Positions 45,806 to 54,477 of a stretch of 64,000 nucleotides of DNA are shown in pieces. A model generated the notes under the pieces. It saw nothing but the letters and a program-made list of their open reading frames with translations, was not told where the DNA came from and made no database searches. Source of the stretch: Smithella sp. (GTDB lineage Bacteria; Desulfobacterota; Syntrophia; Syntrophales; Smithellaceae). A program made the translations under genes and the position numbers. The stretch covers positions 95,163 through 159,162 of the forward strand of contig DATKPG010000012.1 in the NCBI GenBank assembly GCA_035524255.1, read 5' to 3'. Position 1 is the first letter of the stretch; every line of letters starts with the position of its first letter.

Positions 45806-47198
45806 CGGCCGACCCCGCACAGGGTTTAATAAAATTTCTTTTTACGAGTGATTCATAATAGTAATTTGAAACGGATAATGCCCGCACGGCCTGCTCCGCT
45901 GTTTCGAATATCGGAATACGGTGCTTGGCGCGAATGGCAATGGACTTGGCCATGGCGTTTGGGGTGTAGATGGCCGCCGGTTTATTGTAATGCTTGCAAA
46001 TCTTCATCAATTCCAGGAGGGTATCGATCACGAACGTCTGCCAGACACTCAGAAGAGGCAAAAGACCGTCCACCTCCTCTGCGGATAGGAGGATCTCGAA
46101 GATATCGAGATAGGTCTGCGGCGGCGCGGGACCAATATCCACGGGGTTTTTGACATTAAAGACCTGTCCCGCCTTTTTCAACTTCTCCTGTGTTTGCGGT
46201 GACAGGCGCACCACCTGCAATCCTGCTTCCACCAGCAGATCCGCGCTGATGCTGCCAAAAGCGCCGGAATTTGTAAACATCGCAATCCGCTTTCCTTTCA
46301 AAAGGGGCATTTCCGTGATGATCTTGGGAAGAGAATGGAGTTCATCGATAGATTTAAGACGGATGATTCCCGCCTGTTTGCAGGCGCTCTCGAAGATCCA
46401 ATCGTTGTTGGCCATTCCCGCCGTATGAGACATGGCGGCCATGGCGCCTTCCGTGGTTCGTCCCACCTTATAGATCATGACCGGCTTGCGCGATTTTTTG
46501 GCGGCCTCCATCAGCTTGCGGCCATTAGTCACACTTTCCAGATAAATGCCGATGACTTCCGTCTCGTCGTTTTGAAAATAATCGATGAAATCTGCCTCAT
46601 CCACATCGCACTTGTTGCCAATGCTGACAACCTTGTTCACACCGGCGAGGTCGTAATAAAGCGATTCCATAACCAATACGGCAATGCCGCCGCTCTGGAT
46701 GATGTAGGAAATAGTGCCCGGAGCTTCAAAAATCTGCTTCATTTCTACCAGGCTTGGGTTGACGCCGTAGAAACAGCAGAATTTTTTGCGGGTGTCCAAT
46801 GTTCCCAGGCAGTTTGGCCCCATGATGCGGATACCGTTTGCCCTGGCGACGTCGTCGATCTCGCACTGCATTGCCGCGCCGTCCTGACCGCCTTCGGAAA
46901 AACCGGCGCTCTCGATGATGATCCGTTTGATTCCCTTGCGGGCGCAATCCTTGATAATGCCGGGAACGTTTTTTGCCGCTACGATGATTACCGCGAGATC
47001 GGGTATTTCCGGGATATCAAGCAATGACGAATATCCCGGGTAGCCGTTCACCGTTTCCCCTTTTGAATTCAACGCGTATACGGTTCCCTTGTACTGGAGA
47101 TAATCCTTCAGCATAACGCAGATCGTGGCTCCCAGATTAAAGGGGGTATTTGAGGCGCCGATGACAACAACTGATTTTGGATCGAAAAATTTTTCCAT
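45765..47198 (-). CDS. ADP-forming acetyl/acyl-CoA synthetase, alpha (CoA-binding/ligase-CoA) portion
   Basis: N-terminus FFDPKSVVVIGASN, followed by succinyl-CoA-synthetase-like flavodoxin domains. The last ~25 residues look non-conserved, which is consistent with a frameshift into the beta part. Confidence 0.8.
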   Translation of the reverse strand: MEKFFDPKSVVVIGASNTPFNLGATICVMLKDYLQYKGTVYALNSKGETVNGYPGYSSLLDIPEIPDLAVIIVAAKNVPGIIKDCARKGIKRIIIESAGFSEGGQDGAAMQCEIDDVARANGIRIMGPNCLGTLDTRKKFCCFYGVNPSLVEMKQIFEAPGTISYIIQSGGIAVLVMESLYYDLAGVNKVVSIGNKCDVDEADFIDYFQNDETEVIGIYLESVTNGRKLMEAAKKSRKPVMIYKVGRTTEGAMAAMSHTAGMANNDWIFESACKQAGIIRLKSIDELHSLPKIITEMPLLKGKRIAMFTNSGAFGSISADLLVEAGLQVVRLSPQTQEKLKKAGQVFNVKNPVDIGPAPPQTYLDIFEILLSAEEVDGLLPLLSVWQTFVIDTLLELMKICKHYNKPAAIYTPNAMAKSIAIRAKHRIPIFETAEQAVRALSVSNYYYESLVKRNFIKPCAGSADEKLTGNRAGAAS

Positions 47199-47491
47199 GT
47201 GCTGCTCGCTTATATGAGATTTTAAAACGCTTTTAAGTAGTCAAATCATTCAATCTTTGTCAAGAAAGAAATATTGGCAATTTTTTGAGAAGAGCCGTTT
47301 TTCTGCCATGATTCCGGCAGATAGGATGTTATAATAAATACATTGAATTCGCGGGCGATTAAATATTCCGGCTTGGCTTTTTTTGGGGGCGGCAGGCTGT
47401 TATTGAATCAAACAATTACTCAAGAATTGAAACTCCCTCAAGGCTTACCGCAAAGAGCTTCAGAAAAAAAGGGGGCAACCTTAAAATCTTC

Positions 47492-47520
47492 TTGACCGGC
47501 AAGTTCATTGTTTATATATA
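47492..47520 (+). promoter_or_regulatory. Sigma70-type promoter for the SET-domain gene
   Basis: TTGACC (47492-47497), a 17-nt spacer, then TATATA (47515-47520). It lies 30 nt upstream of the ORF start. Confidence 0.45.
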
Positions 47521-47550
47521 CGTCCACCTCTAATTAGGGATTTTTTTAAA

Positions 47551-48054
47551 TTGAAACAGGATAAGAATAAAATCAAACGATCTGCGCAAATGGCCCGCGC
47601 AGGAGCCTGCGGCCGCCGCACTCAGGTGCGCTCATCGGATATCCACGGCAAGGGCATCTATGCTGTCCGTCCCATTAAAGCCGGCGATAGAGTGCTGGAG
47701 TATAAGGGCAGGATTATCACATGGCGGAGGGCTCAGGCTCTCCACCCTCATGATCCCAGCCAGCCCAACCACACCTTTTATTTCCACCTGGACGACGGAC
47801 ACGTCATTGATGCCAAACAAAAAGGCAACACGGCCAAATGGATCAATCACTCCTGCGAACCCAATCTGGAGGCCGAGCAGGACGGCATGCGCGTTTTTCT
47901 TAAGGCCCTGCGTGATATTAAAGTTGGTGAAGAGCTCTTTTACGATTATGGTCTGGTCATCGACGGGCGGATAACAAAAAAGCTCAAAGAGGAACATGTC
48001 TGCCTGTGCAACGCGCCCAATTGCCGCGGTACGATGTTAGCCTGTAAAGGATAA
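47551..48054 (+). CDS. SET-domain protein lysine methyltransferase
   Basis: SET signature motifs NHSCEPN and EELFYDYG, plus a post-SET Cys cluster CLCNAPNC. The start is TTG 47551 or ATG 47590. Confidence 0.85.
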   Translation: MKQDKNKIKRSAQMARAGACGRRTQVRSSDIHGKGIYAVRPIKAGDRVLEYKGRIITWRRAQALHPHDPSQPNHTFYFHLDDGHVIDAKQKGNTAKWINHSCEPNLEAEQDGMRVFLKALRDIKVGEELFYDYGLVIDGRITKKLKEEHVCLCNAPNCRGTMLACKG

Positions 48055-48169
48055 ATATAGTCGTCATACAATTTCAAAAGCCATCCGTTCACGGTTGTTA
48101 TTCAAATTAATAAGAGCATGCCTCAGTCTCATCAAACAGCGTGAATATAGTTTGTTTTGAAAATTTTTC

Positions 48170-48198
48170 TTGACAAATGTTTGTGGTTTAATTATGTA
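48170..48198 (+). promoter_or_regulatory. Possible promoter of the aromatic operon leader
   Basis: TTGACA (48170-48175), a 17-nt spacer, then TATGTA (48193-48198). The -10 element is weak. Confidence 0.3.
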
Positions 48199-48224
48199 GT
48201 CTCAGAATTAAGGATAGGTTTTTT

Positions 48225-48323
48225 ATGATGGACAGAAAACTAAATGTAAATAATAATATTTATGGTTATTGGTTTTATACCTATTTTACATTGGTCTGCC
48301 CGTCGCTGAAAAGGACTTGTTAA
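48225..48323 (+). CDS. Aromatic-rich leader peptide (32 codons), not in the ORF track
   Basis: My own translation is MMDRKLNVNNNIYGYWFYTYFTLVCPSLKRTC*. AAGGA (48210-48214) lies 10 nt upstream. Seven of the nine codons in 48261-48287 are Tyr, Trp or Phe. It lies between a promoter-like element and a terminator, directly upstream of the DAHP synthase gene. Confidence 0.6.
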   Translation: MMDRKLNVNNNIYGYWFYTYFTLVCPSLKRTC

Positions 48324-48342
48324 GGTAAAAATAAACCAAAAC

Positions 48343-48396
48343 AGCCATGGGTAGATCGAAAGAGCTTCCATGGCTTTACTGTTTTTAAGGCCATGG
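48343..48396 (+). promoter_or_regulatory. Attenuator segments 1-3 (alternative anti-antiterminator and antiterminator helices)
   Basis: Segment 1 is AGCCATGG (48343-48350), segment 2 is CCATGGCTTT (48368-48377) and segment 3 is AAGGCCATGG (48387-48396). The 1:2 pairing gives 8 bp. The 2:3 pairing gives 10 bp including one G-U. Confidence 0.55.
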
Positions 48397-48420
48397 CGGC
48401 AAAAGTCATGGCCTTTTTTA
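48387..48420 (+). terminator. Intrinsic terminator of the leader (segments 3:4)
   Basis: AAGGCCATG (48387-48395) pairs with CATGGCCTT (48407-48415) across an 11-nt loop, followed by TTTTATTATT. It ends about 6 nt before the aroF Shine-Dalgarno sequence. Confidence 0.65.
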
Positions 48421-48440
48421 TTATTCAGGAGGAGAGAATA

Positions 48441-49451
48441 ATGATCATTGTAATGAAAAATCACGCGACCGAAAAACAAATTGAAGATGTTGTGCACTGG
48501 ATTGAGTCTGTCGGATATAAGGCGCATCCGTCAATCGGCGTTGAAAGGACAATCATAGGAGCCGTCGGCGATAATCGCAACAAGGAAATTCTTAAATACG
48601 CCGAGTCCCTGCCGGGAGTGGAAAAAACAATGCCTATCTTGAAACCATATAAACTGGCAAGCCGCGAATCACACGAAGGCGATTCCATCGTTTCGGTCGG
48701 GTCGATCAAGATCGGCGGGCCGGAATTCGTGGTCATCGCCGGTCCCTGCGCGATTGAAAGCGAAGAACAATTGCTGGAGTCGGCCTATATCGTTCAAAAA
48801 GGTGGCGCTCAGATTCTCAGGGGCGGCGCCTACAAGCCGCGCACATCGCCGTACAGCTTTCAGGGCATGGAGGAAGAAGGCTTGAAAGTGTTAAATGAAG
48901 TCAGTGTGAGGACGGGTCTGCCGACGGTTACCGAAGTGGTTAATCCGGCTGACGTCGATATTGTGGAATCCTTCGCCGATATGCTGCAAATCGGCGCGCG
49001 CAACGCGCAAAATTTCGCTTTGCTGAAAAAAGTCGGTCACTCACGCAAGCCCGTGCTTTTGAAAAGAGGCATGATGACCACGATCGAAGAGTTGCTGATG
49101 TCCGCGGAATACATTCTCTCCGAAGGTAATCCCAATGTAATTCTTTGTGAACGCGGCATCAGAACTTTTGAAACGGCCACGAGAAACACTCTGGATTTAA
49201 GCGCTGTTCCGGTGCTGAAAGGTTTGACGCATCTGCCGGTTATTGTTGATCCCAGCCACGCGGCCGGTAACTGGAGATATGTTATTCCGTTATCCCGCGC
49301 GGCGGTTGCGGTGGGCGCGGACGGCATCATCGTGGAAGTTCATCCGCAGCCGGAAAAAGCTGTTTCCGACGGAGCACAGTCGCTGAAGCCGGAAAAATTT
49401 TACCAAATGATGGATGAATTAAGGGCGATTACCGCGGCGATGAGACATTAG
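48441..49451 (+). CDS. aroF: 3-deoxy-7-phosphoheptulonate (DAHP) synthase, type I-beta, with an N-terminal ferredoxin-like regulatory domain
   Basis: The N-terminus MIIVMKNHATEKQIEDVV...ERTIIGAVGD resembles the Thermotoga-type regulatory domain. The catalytic core has the motifs LRGGAYKPRTSPYSFQG and DPSH. CAGGAGGAG lies upstream of the ATG at 48441. Confidence 0.9.
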   Translation: MIIVMKNHATEKQIEDVVHWIESVGYKAHPSIGVERTIIGAVGDNRNKEILKYAESLPGVEKTMPILKPYKLASRESHEGDSIVSVGSIKIGGPEFVVIAGPCAIESEEQLLESAYIVQKGGAQILRGGAYKPRTSPYSFQGMEEEGLKVLNEVSVRTGLPTVTEVVNPADVDIVESFADMLQIGARNAQNFALLKKVGHSRKPVLLKRGMMTTIEELLMSAEYILSEGNPNVILCERGIRTFETATRNTLDLSAVPVLKGLTHLPVIVDPSHAAGNWRYVIPLSRAAVAVGADGIIVEVHPQPEKAVSDGAQSLKPEKFYQMMDELRAITAAMRH

Positions 49452-49483
49452 AGCTTTTGCAGGGGAGAAAGGAAATCAGGAAT

Positions 49484-50575
49484 ATGCGAACGGTAAAAGT
49501 TGCTCTGAATAAAAAATGCTTATCATCCTATGAAATTCATGCAGGCCCGGACATACTGGACCGGACGATACTGCTGATAGCCAAAAATCATAAGGCGGCA
49601 CATTACGCGGTGATTACCGACGATTGTGTAGGCGGTCTTTACGGGCAAAAGTTTCTTGACGGGCTAAAGGGTATCGGATTAAACGCGTTTTTAATTGAAT
49701 TTCCCGCGGGTGAGACATCCAAAAATATTGACACTGTGCTTCATATTGCGGGAAAATTAATAGAGGCGGGAGCCGACAGGGAAACATGCCTTATTGCGTT
49801 GGGCGGCGGAGTTGTCGGCGATATTGCCGGCTTTGTCGCGTCTATATTTATGCGCGGTGTTCCTTATATTCAGATTCCTACCACACTGGTCGCTCAAGTG
49901 GATAGCAGCATTGGCGGAAAAACGGGCGTTGATCTTCCCCACGGGAAAAATTTGCTGGGGACCTTTTATCAGCCGCGCGCTGTGTTCGCGAATTTGAGTT
50001 TTTTGGAAACGCTGCCGGAAAAGGAATTTAATAACGGTCTTGCGGAAATTATTAAATACGGAATCATTGACAATGAAAAAATGTTTCATGATTTGGAGTC
50101 CAACATCGATGCGATAAAATCAAAAGACCGGAAACTATTGCTTAACCTTGTGGAGAGTTGCTGCCGCATCAAGAAATCGATTGTCGAGATCGATGAAAAA
50201 GAGCAGGGGTTGAGGCGCATTCTAAACTTTGGACACACGCTGGGGCACGCTCTGGAATCAATTTCTCAATATACGATAACGCATGGCGAAGGCGTTGCTC
50301 TGGGAATGACAGCGGCGGCGCGTATTTCTGAAAAAATCGGCTGTCTGAAAAGCGATGAAACCAGGCGTATCGAAGCCCTTATAAGCCAAGCGGGGCTTCC
50401 CGTAAAAATACCGGAGTCTCTTGATCACGATAAGATTGTAGCCCGATTACGGATGGATAAAAAGAAAAAAGGTGATATCATTTACTTTGTTTTGTTAAAA
50501 AAAATAGGAATGCCTTTTATTGATGGAAACATTAAACCTGAACTTATTGCCGCTGTGATTGAGGAGATGAAATAA
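49484..50575 (+). CDS. aroB: 3-dehydroquinate synthase
   Basis: Motifs LGGGVVGDIAGFVAS, SSIGGKTGV and NFGHTLGHALE. Confidence 0.9.
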   Translation: MRTVKVALNKKCLSSYEIHAGPDILDRTILLIAKNHKAAHYAVITDDCVGGLYGQKFLDGLKGIGLNAFLIEFPAGETSKNIDTVLHIAGKLIEAGADRETCLIALGGGVVGDIAGFVASIFMRGVPYIQIPTTLVAQVDSSIGGKTGVDLPHGKNLLGTFYQPRAVFANLSFLETLPEKEFNNGLAEIIKYGIIDNEKMFHDLESNIDAIKSKDRKLLLNLVESCCRIKKSIVEIDEKEQGLRRILNFGHTLGHALESISQYTITHGEGVALGMTAAARISEKIGCLKSDETRRIEALISQAGLPVKIPESLDHDKIVARLRMDKKKKGDIIYFVLLKKIGMPFIDGNIKPELIAAVIEEMK

Positions 50576-51657
50576 TGAAGCCGCGAAGTTTGGAAATCTT
50601 AAGGAGTAAAATCAAAGAGAAAGACAAGGAAATCATGCGTCTTTTAAATGAGCGATCGCAGATATCCGTCCAGATAGGCAAGGTGAAAGGAGAAGGCGGA
50701 ATACAGGTTTACGATCCCGCCCAGGAAGCAAAGGTTTACAATTATCTGCAGGAGTTAAATTCGGGGCCGCTCAGGCCCGCGGCCGTGAAGGCGATTTTCC
50801 GGGAAATTGTTTCCGCGTCGCGCGATTTGCAGCGGTCGACGACAATCGCCTTTCTGGGACCGGAAGCCACATTTTCTCATTTGGTATCCAAACTGCATTT
50901 TGGCGAGTCCTGCCGTTTTTTCCCCCAGACCGGAATCGACCGTGTTTTCGATGAGGTGGAAAAAGGCACGGTGGATTGGGGTGTCGTCCCGGTGGAAAAT
51001 TCTCTGGAAGGTTCTGTCAATGTTACACTGGATCGCCTGATTTTGACGCCCCTGAAAATCAGGGCGGAGATTTATCTGCGCATCAGCGAGTGTTTGATTT
51101 CGTCGGCGACAAGCATGAAAGGCATCAAAAATATTTATTCCCATCCTCAGCCGTTGGCGCAGTGTCAATCATGGCTCAGGACCAATATGCCGAATTGCGC
51201 GCTGGGTGAAATGGAGAGTACGGCCGCCGCGGTGCAGAGAGTGCGTGGTAAAAAGACCGAAGCGGCCATAGGCAGTTCCCTGGCCGCCGAGTGTTACGGA
51301 TTGAACATCCTGGCGGAGGGTATTGAAGATAATTCATCCAATATGACCCGTTTTTTGGTGATCGGCAGGGGAGAGGGCACGGCCACGGGCAATGATAAAA
51401 CATCCCTGATTTTCGCCACGCCTCATTCTCCGGGTTCTCTGCACAGCGCGCTGTCGTCGTTTGCCCGGCGTAAAATCAATCTGACGAAAATAGAATCACA
51501 TCCGGTAAAGGATAAGTTATGGGAATACAGTTTTTTTGTGGATATGATAGGTCACATAAAGGATAAACAGGTGAAGAGCTGTTTGCAGGAATTGAAGAAA
51601 AAAACCACTTTTCTGAAAATATTGGGTTCATACCCGAAAAATGAAGGCGCCTTATGA
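50575..51657 (+). CDS. pheA: Bifunctional chorismate mutase / prephenate dehydratase (P-protein)
   Basis: It has an N-terminal chorismate mutase helix (LRSKIKEKDKEIMRLLNERSQIS), a prephenate dehydratase block IAFLGPEATFSH, and a C-terminal ACT domain TSLIFATPHSPGSLHSAL. Confidence 0.9.
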   Translation: MKPRSLEILRSKIKEKDKEIMRLLNERSQISVQIGKVKGEGGIQVYDPAQEAKVYNYLQELNSGPLRPAAVKAIFREIVSASRDLQRSTTIAFLGPEATFSHLVSKLHFGESCRFFPQTGIDRVFDEVEKGTVDWGVVPVENSLEGSVNVTLDRLILTPLKIRAEIYLRISECLISSATSMKGIKNIYSHPQPLAQCQSWLRTNMPNCALGEMESTAAAVQRVRGKKTEAAIGSSLAAECYGLNILAEGIEDNSSNMTRFLVIGRGEGTATGNDKTSLIFATPHSPGSLHSALSSFARRKINLTKIESHPVKDKLWEYSFFVDMIGHIKDKQVKSCLQELKKKTTFLKILGSYPKNEGAL

Positions 51658-53219
51658 TTTGTATTCCCATTACGTCCGGCACGAATCAAGAAGCCATACG
51701 CGCGATAGAAAGAAGCTGCCGGTTTGCCGATGCTATCGAATTGAGAATGGATTTAATTAGGGAGGGAAATCTGGCCGAATTGATTTGTGCCGCCCGTGAC
51801 CAATCCGCTTCGATCAAAATAATCGTTACGTGCCGGAAAAAAGAAGAAGCGGCTCCCGCCCCGCAGGCAAAACGTGTCAAAAGCTTTGCGGGAAAGACAA
51901 TCGATAAAAAAATTAATTTGTTCAAAGAAGCCATTGAACTGGGCGCGGATTTTATTGATGTAGAACTTGCCGAAGGTTCGGCGACGATTAAGGCGCTTAA
52001 ATCTTTTTGCGCCAAATATGACGGCAAAACGGGGATCATCGTTTCTTATCATAATCTTAAGGAAACGCCGGAGCTGACAAAATTAAAAGAAATATTTCAT
52101 AAGTGCGCGCAGTCGAAACCGGATGTTATCAAGATAGTCACGATGGCGAAAACATTTAACGATAATCTGACAACGCTGGGCCTGATTCCTTACGCGCAGA
52201 AGTATTCCAGTAAGATAATTTCGCTGTGCATGGGGGATAAAGGCCGCATCAGTCGCGCTGTTGCGCCCCTGATGGGTAATTATTTGAGTTTTGCGACGCT
52301 TGGGCAGGAGGGAAAGTCCGCTCCCGGACAATTTACCGTAAGCCAGATGAAGCAAATTGATGAGCTGTTTAAAAGCAAGCGGAATTCGCCCGTGGCGCAG
52401 GTCCCGTCTTTGGGTAAATCTTTGCCTCAGAATTATGTTTTACTGGGCAATCCTGTAGCGCAGAGCCTTTCTCCATTGATGCACAACGCGGCTTTAAAAA
52501 AAATGGGGATTGAAGGAAGCTACAGCGCTTTTTGCGTAAGTGATCTGGCTTTGGCCATACAGGGGTTCAGGGGAATGAATATCAGAGGAGCAAGCGTCAC
52601 CATTCCCTTTAAAGTCGCTGTGATGGAATACGTGGATGAACTTGACGATGACGCGCTGAAGATCGGAGCGGTTAACACGATTATCAACCAAAGTGGCCGT
52701 CTGAAAGGTTATAATACCGATTGGCAGGGTTTGATTCTGACGCTAAAAAAAGCAATGCGGATTAGAAATAAAACATTTGTGATTATTGGCGCTGGCGGAA
52801 CAGCGCGGGCGGCGGCTTACGGAATAATCAGGGAGGGGGGATTCCCGATTATCGTTAACCGCACTTTGGAAAAAGGAAAGATTCTTTCCGCGAAATTGAA
52901 CTGCCCTTTTTATTCCCTATCCGATATAGGCAGGATTAAGGCTGACTGCCTGATCAATACGACGTCCGCGGGCATGTATCCTCGTCAGGATAAATCGCCC
53001 GTGAAAATCCCACTACTGGCCGGATATAAATATGTTATGGATGTTATTTACAATCCACTCATGACAAAACTGCTTACGGATGCCCAGAAACAGGGTTGTC
53101 ACATTTTTTCAGGTTTGGACATGTTTGTAAATCAGGGAGCCGAGCAATTACGCTTGTGGACAGGAAAAGAACCGCCCCGCGCGCTGATGAAAAAAGTAAT
53201 ATTGGAGAGGTTGGCTTAA
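51654..53219 (+). CDS. aroDE: Fused type I 3-dehydroquinate dehydratase / shikimate dehydrogenase
   Basis: The N-terminal half is AroD-like (MICIPIT...ELRMDL...KIVTMA). The C-terminal half is AroE-like (LLGNPVAQSLSPLMHNAAL, GASVTIPFK, NTDWQG, IGAGGTARA). It is a single 521-aa ORF. Confidence 0.9.
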   Translation: MICIPITSGTNQEAIRAIERSCRFADAIELRMDLIREGNLAELICAARDQSASIKIIVTCRKKEEAAPAPQAKRVKSFAGKTIDKKINLFKEAIELGADFIDVELAEGSATIKALKSFCAKYDGKTGIIVSYHNLKETPELTKLKEIFHKCAQSKPDVIKIVTMAKTFNDNLTTLGLIPYAQKYSSKIISLCMGDKGRISRAVAPLMGNYLSFATLGQEGKSAPGQFTVSQMKQIDELFKSKRNSPVAQVPSLGKSLPQNYVLLGNPVAQSLSPLMHNAALKKMGIEGSYSAFCVSDLALAIQGFRGMNIRGASVTIPFKVAVMEYVDELDDDALKIGAVNTIINQSGRLKGYNTDWQGLILTLKKAMRIRNKTFVIIGAGGTARAAAYGIIREGGFPIIVNRTLEKGKILSAKLNCPFYSLSDIGRIKADCLINTTSAGMYPRQDKSPVKIPLLAGYKYVMDVIYNPLMTKLLTDAQKQGCHIFSGLDMFVNQGAEQLRLWTGKEPPRALMKKVILERLA

Positions 53220-53220
53220 T

Positions 53221-54477
53221 TTGAATAATGATAATGCTCATTTTACTGAAGCGTTCGCCACAGTTTTGGTTCCCGGCTCTAAAAGTCTGAGTCAGCGGGC
53301 TTTAGTGGCTGCCGCCCTTGCGCAAAATAATTCTCTGATCAGCAACGTGCTTATTTCCCAGGACACGCATTATTTAATGGAAGGCTTGCGGGCGCTGGGC
53401 GCGGAAATTGTTCCCCGGGAAGATGGTTTTTTCATTTCCGGCACGTCAGGCAACATCATCAACAACGGCAAAGAATTATTTTTGGGAAATAACGGCACGG
53501 CTTTGCGGTTTTTGACGGCGCTTGCCTGTTTGGGCAGGGGCAAGTATGTTTTAACCGGCGAGAAGCGGCTCTGCGAAAGGCCCGTGGGAGCTTTAGCGGA
53601 TGCGCTCAGAGAAATGGGAGCCGGTATTTCCTGCCAAAATAATTGCCCGCCGGTGGAAATTGACGCCCACGGCCTGAGAGGAGGAAAGATAACTCTGCGG
53701 GATATTGAAAGTTCCCAATACGTGTCGGCGCTGCTTTTGTGCGCGCCTTACACGGCGGCAGGCATAGATTTAAGCTTGCAAGGCGGGGTTGTTTCCATGC
53801 CTTACATTGATTTGACGATTAACGTGATGCGCGATTTCGGCGCGAAAATTACCCGAACGGGGGAATATGAATATCATGTTAACGCGAGGGAAATTTATCA
53901 GGGGCGTAAATACCGGGTGGAAGGAGACGCTTCCAGCGCGTCCTATTTTTTTCTGGCCGCCGCGCTTTTAAAGAAAACCATAAGAGTCGCCGGAATCGGC
54001 AGGCAAAGCAAACAGGGAGATATCCGTTTGCTCAATGTTCTGGAAGAACTGGGCTGTATGGTCAGGTCGGAGGAAAATTGGGTCGATGTTACGGGTGGTA
54101 ATCTGGCAGAAGGGAATTTAGCTTTCGATCTCAACGATATGCCGGATATGGTGCCGACTTTAGCCGTGTTGTCGGCCTTCCGCAAGGGACAAACCATTAT
54201 AAGCAATGTGGCTCATTTAAGAATAAAGGAAAGCAACCGTCTGGCCGCAGTCGTCACGGAACTGAACCGCGTAGGCATTAAAGCCAGGGAAATGCCGGAG
54301 GGTTTGGTCATTCAGGGCGGGAAAATGCGTCCGGCAAAAATTGAGACGTATAACGATCACCGGATGGCCATGAGCTTTGCCATTGCCGGTTTGCTTGAGC
54401 GCGGTATAGAAATAAGCGATAAAAAGTGCGTAGACAAATCATTTCCGGCGTTTTGGGAGGAATTGAAAAAACTATGA
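53221..54477 (+). CDS. aroA: 3-phosphoshikimate 1-carboxyvinyltransferase (EPSP synthase)
   Basis: Motifs VPGSKSLSQRAL, LGNNGTALRFL, RIKESNRL and DHRMAMSFAIAG. TTG start 1 nt after the aroDE stop. Confidence 0.9.
   Translation: MNNDNAHFTEAFATVLVPGSKSLSQRALVAAALAQNNSLISNVLISQDTHYLMEGLRALGAEIVPREDGFFISGTSGNIINNGKELFLGNNGTALRFLTALACLGRGKYVLTGEKRLCERPVGALADALREMGAGISCQNNCPPVEIDAHGLRGGKITLRDIESSQYVSALLLCAPYTAAGIDLSLQGGVVSMPYIDLTINVMRDFGAKITRTGEYEYHVNAREIYQGRKYRVEGDASSASYFFLAAALLKKTIRVAGIGRQSKQGDIRLLNVLEELGCMVRSEENWVDVTGGNLAEGNLAFDLNDMPDMVPTLAVLSAFRKGQTIISNVAHLRIKESNRLAAVVTELNRVGIKAREMPEGLVIQGGKMRPAKIETYNDHRMAMSFAIAGLLERGIEISDKKCVDKSFPAFWEELKKL

Noticed and set aside
45765-45820. The TGA and frame change between the alpha and beta parts of the acyl-CoA synthetase as a programmed recoding or selenocysteine site.
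   Set aside because: The beta frame itself terminates after about 58 codons, with the remaining ~170 codons absent. Simple decay (a frameshift plus a deletion) explains this better.
48205-48440. The aro leader as a T-box or a known riboswitch.
   Set aside because: It lacks the T-box consensus (AGAGA, GNUGGUACCGCG), a specifier loop, and any aptamer core I recognise. The short aromatic-rich ORF with a Shine-Dalgarno sequence fits leader-peptide attenuation better.
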